From positions 1-49,975 of the forward strand of contig CAMDHB010000001.1 in the NCBI GenBank assembly GCA_945897655.1: 49,975 nucleotides of DNA. The letters run 5' to 3'. A program made the translations under genes and the position numbers. Source of the DNA: Pseudorhodobacter antarcticus. Lineage in GTDB: Bacteria > Pseudomonadota > Alphaproteobacteria > Rhodobacterales > Rhodobacteraceae. The stretch's first letter is position 1; each line of letters begins with the position of its first letter. Positions 9,468 to 18,965 of this stretch are shown here, one piece after another. The notes beneath the pieces are model-generated. The model saw nothing but the letters and a program-made list of their open reading frames with translations. It did no database searches and was not told the DNA's origin.

Positions 9468-9544
9468 GGCTAGGTAGCTCAGCTGGTTAGAGCACGTGAC
9501 TCATAATCACGGGGTCGGGGGTTCGAGTCCCCCCCTCGCCACCA
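9468..9544 (+). tRNA. tRNA-Met(CAT), elongator type
   Basis: Cloverleaf: D-arm GCTCAGCTGGTTAGAGC, anticodon arm CGTGA-CTCATAA-TCACG, T-arm GGGGG-TTCGAGT-CCCCC, 3' ACCA. Confidence 0.93.
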
Positions 9545-9589
9545 ACTTTCCCAATCTGTTACGCGATGCTGTGTGGTCTGGCCGTCAGG

Positions 9590-10783
9590 TCAGTCGAAGA
9601 AGCCCTTATCCTCAGGGGCGAGGTACTGTTTGGCCGCTTCGGGGATCAGGTCGACGCCCATGCCGGGGCGGTCAATCACGTCAATCATGCTGTTGGTCAC
9701 GATCTTGGCGGGCAAGCCCTCAACGATGTCATACCACCAGGGATCGGTGCCGCTGGGATATTCGAAGGCGATGAAATTGGGCGGCAGGGTGGCGCAGACC
9801 TGGATCAGGGCGCCCAGTCCTAGCAGCCCGTTGCCGGTGCCGTGCGGGGCCATCAGGATGCCGTGCAGATGGGCGTATTCGGCGATCCATTTCAACTCGG
9901 CAATGCCGCCCACATCGGCGGGATCGGGGCCGACGATGTTGACGGCGCGCGTCTCGATCAGCTCGCGGAAGTTGTTGCGCAGATAGATCTGTTCGCCGGT
10001 GTGGATGGGGGTTGTGGTCTGCATGGTCAGGTCGCGGTAGGTGTGCGCGCTGACATGGGTGGAATAGTCGCCCGTCAGCATGTCTTCACACCACATGACG
10101 TTGTATTTCTCGATCGCGCGGGCAAAGCGCAGGGCGTCGGCGGGCAGCCAGCCGGGGCCGCAATCGAGTGCGAGGCCCACCTTGTCGCCCAGCACATCCT
10201 TCATGGCCGCCACGCAATCGACCATCAGCGCCAGGCTGCGTTCGGTCAGGGGGCCGGAATCGGCATGGCCGTGAAAGGGGCTGGGTTCCGCGTCGCCGTA
10301 AAAGAAGCCTGGCGCATTCTTCATCGGGCTGTGGAAGGCTATGCCGTGTTTGATGATGTCGAACCCCTCGGGCAGCGACATCATCCATTGGCAGTTTTCG
10401 GCAAAGCCTTCGGGTGTCCACGAGGTCAGCTTGCGCCGGATCGAGCCATTGTAGGTACGCACCCGGTCGCGCACCTTGCCGCCCAGGAGTTTGTAGACCG
10501 GCACACCAGCCGCCTTGCCCGCAATATCCCACAAGGCATGTTCGATGACACTGACTGGCGCGCCATATGGTTTGAATGCGCCACGGTTGCGGATGCGCTG
10601 CATGCAGCGTTCCACATCGGTCGGGTCCTGGCCGATCAGAGCCTCGCGGAATTGCAGGATGAAGGGCTTGAGATAGGGCTTGTAGTGTTCCGCCTCGCCA
10701 TAGCCGGAAATCCCCTCGTCGGTGACGATCCGGACGATCGGGTTCTTGCCGATCAGGCCGCATTTCAGATCAGTGATTTTCAT
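9590..10783 (-). CDS. Mandelate racemase/muconate lactonizing enzyme family (enolase superfamily) dehydratase
   Basis: VRIVTDEGISGYGE and EHALWDIAGKAAGVPVYKLLGG; candidate metal ligands in LDCG, WCED and TGEQ. Confidence 0.9.
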   Translation of the reverse strand: MKITDLKCGLIGKNPIVRIVTDEGISGYGEAEHYKPYLKPFILQFREALIGQDPTDVERCMQRIRNRGAFKPYGAPVSVIEHALWDIAGKAAGVPVYKLLGGKVRDRVRTYNGSIRRKLTSWTPEGFAENCQWMMSLPEGFDIIKHGIAFHSPMKNAPGFFYGDAEPSPFHGHADSGPLTERSLALMVDCVAAMKDVLGDKVGLALDCGPGWLPADALRFARAIEKYNVMWCEDMLTGDYSTHVSAHTYRDLTMQTTTPIHTGEQIYLRNNFRELIETRAVNIVGPDPADVGGIAELKWIAEYAHLHGILMAPHGTGNGLLGLGALIQVCATLPPNFIAFEYPSGTDPWWYDIVEGLPAKIVTNSMIDVIDRPGMGVDLIPEAAKQYLAPEDKGFFD

Positions 10784-10785
10784 GG

Positions 10786-11556
10786 TTATCCTCCGATTTC
10801 GGGGCTGTTGCGTTCCGACCGCAGCCGGTCGGTGATGTGGCGTCCGGCACCGCGCACATGCTGCACGATCAGGGCGGCGGCGCGGTCTTCGTCATGGGCG
10901 GAAAGGGCAGCGATCAGGCCGCGATGTTCGTCAACCACCTCGTGCTGGCGGCGGCGAGAGATCATGTGATCGCGGTTGATGCCGGTCAGTATGGTGCGTT
11001 TGCGCCACCAGAGTTCCACGGTCATTCGGTTGTAGTGGCGTTCGTACATGATCTGGTGGAACTGCTGATCCAGATGGGAATGCTGGACGTTGTCGGTGAA
11101 ATTCAACGCCTCGATCTGGTCTTGCACCTTTTCCAGGCGGGTGATGTCGTCATCGGTGCAGACGCCCACGAACCAGCGAATCAGATAGGGTTCGAAAAGC
11201 GAGGCCAGTTCATAGATGTCGCGAACGTAGGCCTCATCAATCTGGCGGACGCGGGCGCCGCGGTTGGGCGAGATCATCACCAGACCCTCGCCGCGCAACT
11301 GGTGCAGCGCCTCGCGCACGGGGTTGGTGCTGGTGCCGTATTGCGCGGCCAGATCGGAAACCTTGAGGCGTTCGTTGCTGCTGATCCGGCCTGAGAGGAT
11401 GTCTTGCCGGATGCTGCGGCAAATTGGGCCATCCTCTGCCGCCCAAGGCAGCCCTGGGGGCATTTCGACCGGGTCGATCTGGTTGATCAGGCCATTCATG
11501 TCGTTTGCATAGCGCGCGGGAACCTTGGTTGCCAAGGTGGGATGGGTCGGTTTCAT
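10786..11556 (-). CDS. GntR (FadR subfamily) transcriptional regulator
   Basis: HTH DLAAQYGTSTNPVREALHQLRGEGLV and FCD-like C-terminus (FHQ...EHRGLIAAL). Start uncertain (11556 or 11499). Confidence 0.9.
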   Translation of the reverse strand: MKPTHPTLATKVPARYANDMNGLINQIDPVEMPPGLPWAAEDGPICRSIRQDILSGRISSNERLKVSDLAAQYGTSTNPVREALHQLRGEGLVMISPNRGARVRQIDEAYVRDIYELASLFEPYLIRWFVGVCTDDDITRLEKVQDQIEALNFTDNVQHSHLDQQFHQIMYERHYNRMTVELWWRKRTILTGINRDHMISRRRQHEVVDEHRGLIAALSAHDEDRAAALIVQHVRGAGRHITDRLRSERNSPEIGG

Positions 11557-11729
11557 ACAGGAAATGCCAAGATGATACATTATTCTTGACGAATATTGTG
11601 GGACTGACCAATAGTCACCTGACCGCCATGTGGGCCGAAGCCCCATGACCGGCAATCCAAAAAGTCAAAGGCCCGGCAAGAGGCCAACAGACGGCTACAC
11701 CACCAGACGAACCAATGGGAGGAACTAGG

Positions 11730-13226
11730 ATGACAAGAAGGAATGACCCCAAGGGGCCAGTAAAACGGCTGTCGGCCATGTCGGCGGCGGTTCGGACGGC
11801 TGTGATTACCGGTATTGCGATCACCCCGGGCGCCGCGATGGCGCAAGAGGCGATCGATTTGTCAAAGTGGTCGCCAGAATATGTGCGCAGCATTGCAGGC
11901 ACGGGCAAGTTTGACACGGCGGCGGAGTGCGCCAAGACCGTGCCATTGGATTACACCGGCCGCGTTTCGGTCTGGTACACCGGCCCCGCCGATGCGGAGC
12001 CTGAAATCACCAAGAAGTTCGACAAGGAGTTCTGGGAGGCGTTCAAGGCCACCTATCCCAACATCACGGTCGAGGCGCAAAGCATCGTCTACAACGACCT
12101 TCTGGACAAGCTGCGCACCTCTCTCCTTGGCAATGCCGGGCCGATGGTGGTGCGTCTGCAAATTCTGGGTGGGGTCGAGTTTGCCGCAAAGGGCTATTTG
12201 CAGCCACTGAAGCCCGAGGATGTGGGGTATACCCCGGCCGAGTTCTGGCCGGGCGCGATGAAGTCGGTGACCTATGAGGGTGCGACTTACGGCATCCCGA
12301 CCAACAACGAGACCATGGGATTCATCTACAACGCCAAGATCTTTGCTGATGCGGGGCTTGATCCTGAAACGGCACCGGCGACCTGGGATGATGTGGTGGC
12401 CTATTCCAAGCAGATCCATGACAAGCTTGGGATTGCCGGGTACGGAATGGTTGCCAAGCAGAATGCCGGCAACACGCCGTTCCGGTTCATGCCGCAGATG
12501 TGGGCTTATGGCGGGGCCGCGCTGGACGAAAATCTGGATGCGCCGACGCTGCAAACCGTTGGTCTGAACAGCCCCGGTGCCAAGGCGGCCTTGCAGGCGT
12601 CCTATGACATGTATGTCCGTGACCAGTCGGTGCCCGTTTCGGCCCTGACCAACACGCAGGCCGAAAATCAGGCGCCCTTCATTGCGGGCCAACTGGGGAT
12701 GATGATTGCCCATCCGGCGGAATACGCCAAGATGGTTGATCTGGCGGGCAAGGCGACCGGCAAGGACAAGGAAGTGGCGGACGAGGTTGTGGCCAACATG
12801 CGCTATGGCCTGATCCCGGCTGGGCCGGACCGGCGCGCTGTGGTGTTCGGCGGGTCGAACATCCACATCGTGAAAAGCGACTATGTCGAAGGCGGCATGG
12901 ATGAGATGGGCGCCAAGGCGCTGATCTGCTTCTGGACCAGCCCGGAATGGTCAACCAAGCTGGCATGGGTCGGGTCCAACCCCGGCAACCTGCGCGGCTT
13001 CCAGACCGAATGGATGAAGGAACGTCTGGACACGATCAAGTTCTTGGACGTGACGACGTCGATGCTGCCCTCGGGCATCCCCTTCCCGGCGATTGCGGAA
13101 GCGCCCGAGATCATGAACATCATCATTCCTGACATGCTGCAGAACGCGCTGACGGGCAAGATGACGGTGGATGAGGCGGCCGAAGATGCGGCGGCCAAGG
13201 TTGAGGCACTGCTGGGCGGCATGTAA
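11730..13226 (+). CDS. Sugar ABC transporter substrate-binding protein (CUT1)
   Basis: Signal peptide ending AMA-QE; YGIPTNNETMGFIYNAKIF and PATWDD; GGAGGA SD. Confidence 0.9.
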   Translation: MTRRNDPKGPVKRLSAMSAAVRTAVITGIAITPGAAMAQEAIDLSKWSPEYVRSIAGTGKFDTAAECAKTVPLDYTGRVSVWYTGPADAEPEITKKFDKEFWEAFKATYPNITVEAQSIVYNDLLDKLRTSLLGNAGPMVVRLQILGGVEFAAKGYLQPLKPEDVGYTPAEFWPGAMKSVTYEGATYGIPTNNETMGFIYNAKIFADAGLDPETAPATWDDVVAYSKQIHDKLGIAGYGMVAKQNAGNTPFRFMPQMWAYGGAALDENLDAPTLQTVGLNSPGAKAALQASYDMYVRDQSVPVSALTNTQAENQAPFIAGQLGMMIAHPAEYAKMVDLAGKATGKDKEVADEVVANMRYGLIPAGPDRRAVVFGGSNIHIVKSDYVEGGMDEMGAKALICFWTSPEWSTKLAWVGSNPGNLRGFQTEWMKERLDTIKFLDVTTSMLPSGIPFPAIAEAPEIMNIIIPDMLQNALTGKMTVDEAAEDAAAKVEALLGGM

Positions 13227-13240
13227 CCCCCCAGACCGGA

Positions 13241-13266
13241 CCCGGCGGCAGCACCCTGCCGCCGGG
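13241..13266 (+). terminator. GC-rich stem-loop after the SBP gene (mRNA stabiliser or partial terminator)
   Basis: CCCGGCGGCAG-cacc-CTGCCGCCGGG. Confidence 0.6.
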
Positions 13267-13294
13267 CTTCCCCCCCGTGAAAGGCAAACCCCAA

Positions 13295-14242
13295 ATGGCA
13301 GTTTCATCGGGCCCGGTGACCGGGTCTTTGCGCCGCGATGACGGTCTGCTGCGGCGGATTGTGACGCACAGGGCGGATTACGCCTATGTCTTGCCGGCGC
13401 TTGTGGTGATGATGGTCGTGATCGCCTATCCGATCTGGTTCACCGTCGACATGAGTTTCTACAAGACCCCCGCCAGCCTGCAATTGCGCGACCGGACCTT
13501 TGTAGGGTGGAAGAATTACCATACGATCCTGACCGCACCGGCGTTCTGGTCAGTCACGCTGAACACATTGATCTGGACGGTGGCATCAACCTTTTTCGCC
13601 TTTCTGCTGGGGTTGGGGGCCGCGTTGTCGCTGCACCGCGAGTTTGCCGGGCGGGCTGTGCTAAGGGCGATTTTGCTGATCCCTTACGTGATCAGCGCGG
13701 TTGCTGCGTCTTATCTGTGGAAATGGCTGTATCATTCGGATTTCGGGGTGATCGGGGCCTTGTCGGTGCAATGGGGTTTCACGGACAAGCCGATCAACTT
13801 TCTGGACAACATCCACACGGCGCTGCCCTCGCTGATCGTGGTGAATATCTGGCGCGAGTTTTCGTTCGCCATGATCATGCTGATGGCCGGTTTGCAGACC
13901 GTGCCGGAACAGTTGCTGCGGGCCGCGCAGGTGGACGGGGCCAATGCCTGGCAGCGGTTCTGGCATGTGACGGCACCGCATCTGAAGGGGGTGTCGATGG
14001 TGACGGTGCTGCTGCTGATGGTGGCCAATTTCAATTCCTTCATCGTGCCCTGGCTGATGACGGGGGGCGGGCCTGCGGGGGCGTCGGATATCTGGATCAC
14101 GCATATCTATCAGATTGCCTTCGGGCGGCAGAACTGGGGCCTTGCCTCGGCCTATTCTGTCATCCTGTTCATCGTGATGATGTGTCTGGGATATTTCTAT
14201 GTTCAAGCCCTGACGCGCGGTGACAAGGGGAGGCCGGAATGA
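13295..14242 (+). CDS. Sugar ABC transporter permease
   Basis: TM helices and EAA-like loop LRAAQVDGANAWQRF. Confidence 0.9.
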   Translation: MAVSSGPVTGSLRRDDGLLRRIVTHRADYAYVLPALVVMMVVIAYPIWFTVDMSFYKTPASLQLRDRTFVGWKNYHTILTAPAFWSVTLNTLIWTVASTFFAFLLGLGAALSLHREFAGRAVLRAILLIPYVISAVAASYLWKWLYHSDFGVIGALSVQWGFTDKPINFLDNIHTALPSLIVVNIWREFSFAMIMLMAGLQTVPEQLLRAAQVDGANAWQRFWHVTAPHLKGVSMVTVLLLMVANFNSFIVPWLMTGGGPAGASDIWITHIYQIAFGRQNWGLASAYSVILFIVMMCLGYFYVQALTRGDKGRPE

Positions 14243-15087
14243 GCGGCCGTGTGGATGGTTGGCGCTGGGCGGGCCGGGTGTTTCTGGTGCTGATCTTGCT
14301 GTTCACGGCGGTGCCGATGGTCTGGATGCTGCTGACCTCGATCAAAAGCCAGTTTGCGGCGATGCAGTACCCGCCGCAATGGTGGCCCAAGGAACCGACG
14401 CTGGAGAATTACACCAAACTGTTGGACCCGACCAACCCGGTGGGGAATGATTTCCTGCGGTATATGTGGAACAGTTTCTATGTGTCGCTGGCGACGACGG
14501 TTCTGGGCGTCGCGGTGGCCGTGCCTGCCGCCTATGCCTTTTCGCGGTTCCGGTTTCCGGGGCGGACGTTTCTGTTCTTTGCGGTTCTCTTGCGCAACAT
14601 GTTCCCCGCCGTGGTGTTCCTGATGCCGTTGTTCATTCTGATGCGGTGGCTGGGGCTGGTGGGTACGCATGGATCGTTGATCCTGACCTATCTGACCTTT
14701 GGCTTGCCCCTGTCGATCTGGCTGCTCAAGGGGTTTTACGACAACATCCCGATCCAGTTGGAACAGGCCGCCCGGATTGACGGGGCCACGCGGTTTCAGG
14801 CGTTCTTGCTGATCGTGATGCCGCTGTCAGTGCCGGGGATTCTGGCCACGTCGATCTTTTCCTTCATCGGGGCGTGGAATGAATATGTTTATGCGGCCAC
14901 CTTCCTGAACCGTCAGGACCAGTTGACGCTGCCCGTGGGCATTCAACGCTTTTTTGCCGAGTTTGCGACGGACTGGCCGGGGCTGATGGCTGCGACCTTT
15001 CTGATGTCAGTGCCAGTTGTCGTGCTGTTCCTGATCCTGCAACGCTATTTCGTGCGCGCCCTGACCGAGGGCGCCGTAAAATCCTGA
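14239..15087 (+). CDS. Sugar ABC transporter permease
   Basis: EQAARIDGATRFQAF EAA loop; ATGA overlap with the previous gene. Confidence 0.92.
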   Translation: MSGRVDGWRWAGRVFLVLILLFTAVPMVWMLLTSIKSQFAAMQYPPQWWPKEPTLENYTKLLDPTNPVGNDFLRYMWNSFYVSLATTVLGVAVAVPAAYAFSRFRFPGRTFLFFAVLLRNMFPAVVFLMPLFILMRWLGLVGTHGSLILTYLTFGLPLSIWLLKGFYDNIPIQLEQAARIDGATRFQAFLLIVMPLSVPGILATSIFSFIGAWNEYVYAATFLNRQDQLTLPVGIQRFFAEFATDWPGLMAATFLMSVPVVVLFLILQRYFVRALTEGAVKS

Positions 15088-15097
15088 AAGGCGACAG

Positions 15098-16186
15098 ATG
15101 GCCAAGGTAACTTTGGAAAACGTGGTCAAGACCTATGGCCCGGTGACGGCGGTGGGGGATGTGTCCTTTACCGTTCAGGATGGCGAGTTTGTGGCGCTGG
15201 TCGGCCCGTCGGGCTGTGGCAAGACGACGACGCTGAACCTGATTGCGGGACTGATCCCGATCTCGGGTGGGAATATCCGGATTGGGGACAAGTTGGTGAA
15301 CGATCTGGACCCCAAGGACCGCGACATCGCGATGGTGTTCCAGAACTATGCCCTGTACCCCAACAAGACGGTCGCCAAGAACCTGGCCTTCCCGCTGCAG
15401 ATGCGCCGTCTGCCCAAGGACGAGATTGCCCGCAAGGTGGCCGAGGCGGCGCGGGTGCTGGACATCACCCATCTGCTGGAGCGCAAGCCGAGGGAGTTGT
15501 CGGGCGGGCAGCAGCAGCGGGTGGCGTTGGGGCGTGCGCTGGTGCGCGACCCGCGGGCGTTTCTGATGGATGAGCCGCTGTCGAACCTGGACGCCAAGTT
15601 GCGGGTGCAGATGCGGACCGAGTTGAAGCGGTTCCATCAGGATCTGAAGGCCACGATCATCTATGTGACCCATGACCAGTTGGAGGCTGTCACGATGGCC
15701 GACAAGATGGCGGTGATGAATGGCGGGACGTTGCAGCAGTATGACAGCCCGAAGAATGTGTTCGACCATCCGGTCAACACCTTCGTCGCCAGTTTTGTAG
15801 GCTCCCCCGCGATGAGCCTGGTGCCGCTGCGCCGGGTGGTGGAGGGTGACGCGGTGGCGCTGGCCGGTGATGGCTGGCAGATGCCGCTGTCGCCCGCCAA
15901 TGCGCGTAAGGCGCTAAGCGCCAAGTCTGACACGGTGATCCTGGGCGCGCGTCACAGCACGATCGCTCTGCACGACGGCCCAAGAGAGGGGGCTGTGCCG
16001 GGGCGGGTCTACACGGTGGAGCCTACCGGCGACGTGACCTTTGTGCAGGTGCATGTTGACGGTGCCATCGTGATTGCCAGCCTTGCGCCGGATGTGGCCG
16101 TCCGGTCTGACACCAATGTCTGGCTGGGCTTTGACCAGTCACGGATGCATCTGTTTGACTGCGAAACCCAGATGGCGCTGACCTAG
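15098..16186 (+). CDS. Sugar ABC transporter ATP-binding protein (MalK-like)
   Basis: [24 protein letters not shown] and YVTHDQ motifs. Confidence 0.95.
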   Translation: MAKVTLENVVKTYGPVTAVGDVSFTVQDGEFVALVGPSGCGKTTTLNLIAGLIPISGGNIRIGDKLVNDLDPKDRDIAMVFQNYALYPNKTVAKNLAFPLQMRRLPKDEIARKVAEAARVLDITHLLERKPRELSGGQQQRVALGRALVRDPRAFLMDEPLSNLDAKLRVQMRTELKRFHQDLKATIIYVTHDQLEAVTMADKMAVMNGGTLQQYDSPKNVFDHPVNTFVASFVGSPAMSLVPLRRVVEGDAVALAGDGWQMPLSPANARKALSAKSDTVILGARHSTIALHDGPREGAVPGRVYTVEPTGDVTFVQVHVDGAIVIASLAPDVAVRSDTNVWLGFDQSRMHLFDCETQMALT

Positions 16187-16250
16187 GGTGGGATGTGGAT
16201 TCATGGGAACGTCACTTTCTTCTGCCCGGAATCAACGGCGTAAGCCCGCC

Positions 16251-16379
16251 GGGCAATGCCCGTCCGCCCCCTCGGGCGGGCATTTTGCAGCGCTTCCAAC
16301 AGAACGTCGCCGGACGTACTTGACCCATAAAGTGCCTAGAACTCTGATGGTTTGCCCACCCGGCGGACGGGCATTGCCC
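16251..16379. repeat. REPIN/MITE-like intergenic element with 18-bp perfect terminal inverted repeats
   Basis: GGGCAATGCCCGTCCGCC (16251-16268) and GGCGGACGGGCATTGCCC (16362-16379); each arm also forms its own hairpin. Confidence 0.65.
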
Positions 16380-16462
16380 TCTTGTCGTCTGGGTCGGGAC
16401 GAAGGAAGACTAGGCCCATCCCGACTGATCCCGCTCCAATACCCCCATAACCGGAACCCATA

Positions 16463-17806
16463 ATGACCCAAGACCTGCTGAACCATACCCGCATCCACTC
16501 CCGCCCGTCCGACCTGCGGATCACCGATATCCGCGTGGCCGAGATTGTGGGCGCGCCATTTACGTCCGCCCTGCTGAAGATCTATACCAATCAGGGGATT
16601 GTCGGCTTTGGCGAGGTGCGGGATGGCGCATCGGCCACCTTTGCGTTGATGCTGAAAAGCCGCCTTCTGGGGGAAAACCCCTGTGACATCGACCGTTTGT
16701 TCCGCCGGATCAAGCAGTTTGGCGGGCATGGGCGGCAGGGTGGCGGGGTGTCGGGGATCGAACTGGCGCTGTGGGATCTGGCGGGCAAGGCGTATGGCGT
16801 TCCTGTCTATCAGATGCTGGGCGGCAAGTTCCGTGACAAGGTGCGCATCTATTGCGACACCGATGCCGACCGGCCGAGCGGCACCGAAATGGGCAAGCGT
16901 TTGAAGGCGCGGATGGATATGGGGTTCACCTTCCTGAAGATGGACCTGGGGTTGATGCAGATCGCCCATATCCCCGGCACCGTGGTCGGCCCTGCTGGCG
17001 CGTTGGAGCCGTTTTACCATCACGCGGGCGGCATGCGCCCCAAGACACTGGACGAACGCCGCCACCGCAACGCGATTTATGACGCGCAAAACGTCATGCA
17101 TCCCTTCACCGGCCTGCATTTCAGCGAAAAGGGCCTGGACCTGATGGAGCAGTACATCGCGGAAGTCCGCGCCGAGATTGGCCCGGAAATCCCCTTGGCG
17201 TTGGACCACCTTGGCCATATCTCGCTGCAAGACGGCATACGGCTGGCGCGGCGGATCGAGAAATACACCCCGGCGTGGTTGGAAGATGTCGTGCCGTGGC
17301 AACACACCGACGCGTATCGCCAGTTGCAGCAGGCGACGACGGTGCCGATTTGTACGGGCGAAGATATCTATCTGAAAGAGGGGTTCGAGCCGCTGTTGAA
17401 GGCCGGAATCTCGGTCATCCACCCCGATTTGCTGACCACGGGCGGCATATATGAGACCAAGAAGATCGGCGACATGGCGCAGGATCATGGGGTTGCAATG
17501 GCGATCCACATGGCCGAAAGCCCGATTGCCGCGATGGCCTGCGCCCATGTTGCCGTGGCGACCGAGAATTTCTTGGCGCTGGAATACCACTCGGTCGACG
17601 TGCCGTGGTGGGATGACATTCAGATCGGCCTGCCCAAACCCATCGTCAAGGACGGCTTCATCACTGTCACCGACAAGCCGGGTCTGGGGATTGATGATCT
17701 GAACGACGAATTGCTGATGCAGCATCTGCAACCGGGTGTCACCGGCATTTGGCAGCCGACCGACCGTTGGGACGACGAACATTCCTGGGACCGGACGTGG
17801 AGCTGA
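16463..17806 (+). CDS. Mandelate racemase/muconate lactonizing enzyme family dehydratase (second copy)
   Basis: [40 protein letters not shown] and LEY motifs. Confidence 0.9.
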   Translation: MTQDLLNHTRIHSRPSDLRITDIRVAEIVGAPFTSALLKIYTNQGIVGFGEVRDGASATFALMLKSRLLGENPCDIDRLFRRIKQFGGHGRQGGGVSGIELALWDLAGKAYGVPVYQMLGGKFRDKVRIYCDTDADRPSGTEMGKRLKARMDMGFTFLKMDLGLMQIAHIPGTVVGPAGALEPFYHHAGGMRPKTLDERRHRNAIYDAQNVMHPFTGLHFSEKGLDLMEQYIAEVRAEIGPEIPLALDHLGHISLQDGIRLARRIEKYTPAWLEDVVPWQHTDAYRQLQQATTVPICTGEDIYLKEGFEPLLKAGISVIHPDLLTTGGIYETKKIGDMAQDHGVAMAIHMAESPIAAMACAHVAVATENFLALEYHSVDVPWWDDIQIGLPKPIVKDGFITVTDKPGLGIDDLNDELLMQHLQPGVTGIWQPTDRWDDEHSWDRTWS

Positions 17807-17811
17807 CCCGC

Positions 17812-18837
17812 CTATAGGCTGCCGCGCTTGATCAGCCGGGGTTCGATCTGGATATGTTCGGCCACCTTGCGGCCGTTCATCCGGCTGAACAGTGCCTCGG
17901 CTGACAGGCGGCCCAAGTGCGGGCCGTCCTGATCGACCGAAGATAGGGCGACCATCGGCAATGCGGCGACGGGTGAGTTGTCATAGCCCACGATGGCCAA
18001 ATCCTGCGGTACGCGAATCCCTAAACGAAACGCCGCGCCCAGCAGGGGGATGGCGTCCAGATCGGACCAGCAGAACACGGCGCGGGGGCGGTCGGGGGAC
18101 GTCAGCAGTTGGTGAAAGTCCTGCTCTCGCGGGGCGTTGGATTGCGGCAGGCGCAAGATGCGGATGTGGTCGGCAAGGCCTGCCGCCCTCATCGCGTCAA
18201 GATATCCCAACTCGCGCTGCGGCGAGACGTCGGCAGGGTGGTCGTCCGGTTCGAACTGGGTCAGAAAGGCGATGTCGCGGTAGCCCTGATCGACAAAGGC
18301 CTGCACGACCCTGGCGGCACCGCGCTGATCATCGTTGTTGATCGTGTCATAGCCCACAGCGCTGGTTTCATGGTGGCCGACCACGACGATGGGAATTTGC
18401 CGGGCGTAATGTTCCAGCGTGTCACCGGCAATCTGGCTGGCGACAAGGATCAGGCCATCCATCCGGTTGTCGATCATCTGTTCGATCAGTTGCGCCTCGG
18501 TCTGGGCGCGGGCGGCGCCGACGCAAACCATGATCTTGTAACCGGCGGCTTCGGTCACGCTTTCGATGCCCTGATAGATGCCGGGCAGGAACGGGTTGTC
18601 GATGCCAACCAGCAAAACCCCCAAGGTAAAGGTCCGCCCCCGCATGCCCCGCGCCGCGACCGAGGGGCGGTAACCCAGCTTTTCGATGCTGGCTTCAACT
18701 TTTTGCCGCAGGGCATCGGACACACCATAGGCGTTGCGCATGACCTTGGACACGGCGGCCACGGATACCCCGGCATCGGTGGCCACGGTGCGGATCGTCA
18801 CCCGGCTTTGGGTATGGTCGGATGCGCCGTCGGCCAT
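17812..18837 (-). CDS. LacI family transcriptional regulator
   Basis: VTIRTVATDAGVSVAAVSKV HTH; VPQDLAIVGYDN. Confidence 0.93.
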   Translation of the reverse strand: MADGASDHTQSRVTIRTVATDAGVSVAAVSKVMRNAYGVSDALRQKVEASIEKLGYRPSVAARGMRGRTFTLGVLLVGIDNPFLPGIYQGIESVTEAAGYKIMVCVGAARAQTEAQLIEQMIDNRMDGLILVASQIAGDTLEHYARQIPIVVVGHHETSAVGYDTINNDDQRGAARVVQAFVDQGYRDIAFLTQFEPDDHPADVSPQRELGYLDAMRAAGLADHIRILRLPQSNAPREQDFHQLLTSPDRPRAVFCWSDLDAIPLLGAAFRLGIRVPQDLAIVGYDNSPVAALPMVALSSVDQDGPHLGRLSAEALFSRMNGRKVAEHIQIEPRLIKRGSL

Positions 18838-18893
18838 GTGTCCCCCTGTGTCAAAGCACCATAGCAAAAAACTGTTGCAATGCAAACGGGCTT

Positions 18894-18921
18894 GTAGAAT
18901 GATTTACGTAGAACGGTGCAC
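18894..18921. promoter_or_regulatory. Tandem candidate LacI operators
   Basis: GTAGAATGATTTAC and GTAGAACGGTGCAC, each three mismatches from the palindrome GTAGAACGTTCTAC, between the divergent lacI and GH78 genes. Confidence 0.4.
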
Positions 18922-18965
18922 GAAACGGGGAGGACCTGATTCGGCACCAAGGGGAGGACGTCGGA

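Noticed and set aside
16232-17782. Long antisense ORFs (e.g. 16232-17782, 21337-22716, 32730-33920, 9842-10969)
   Set aside because: These are shadow frames of well-supported genes in high-GC DNA, with no recognisable motifs.
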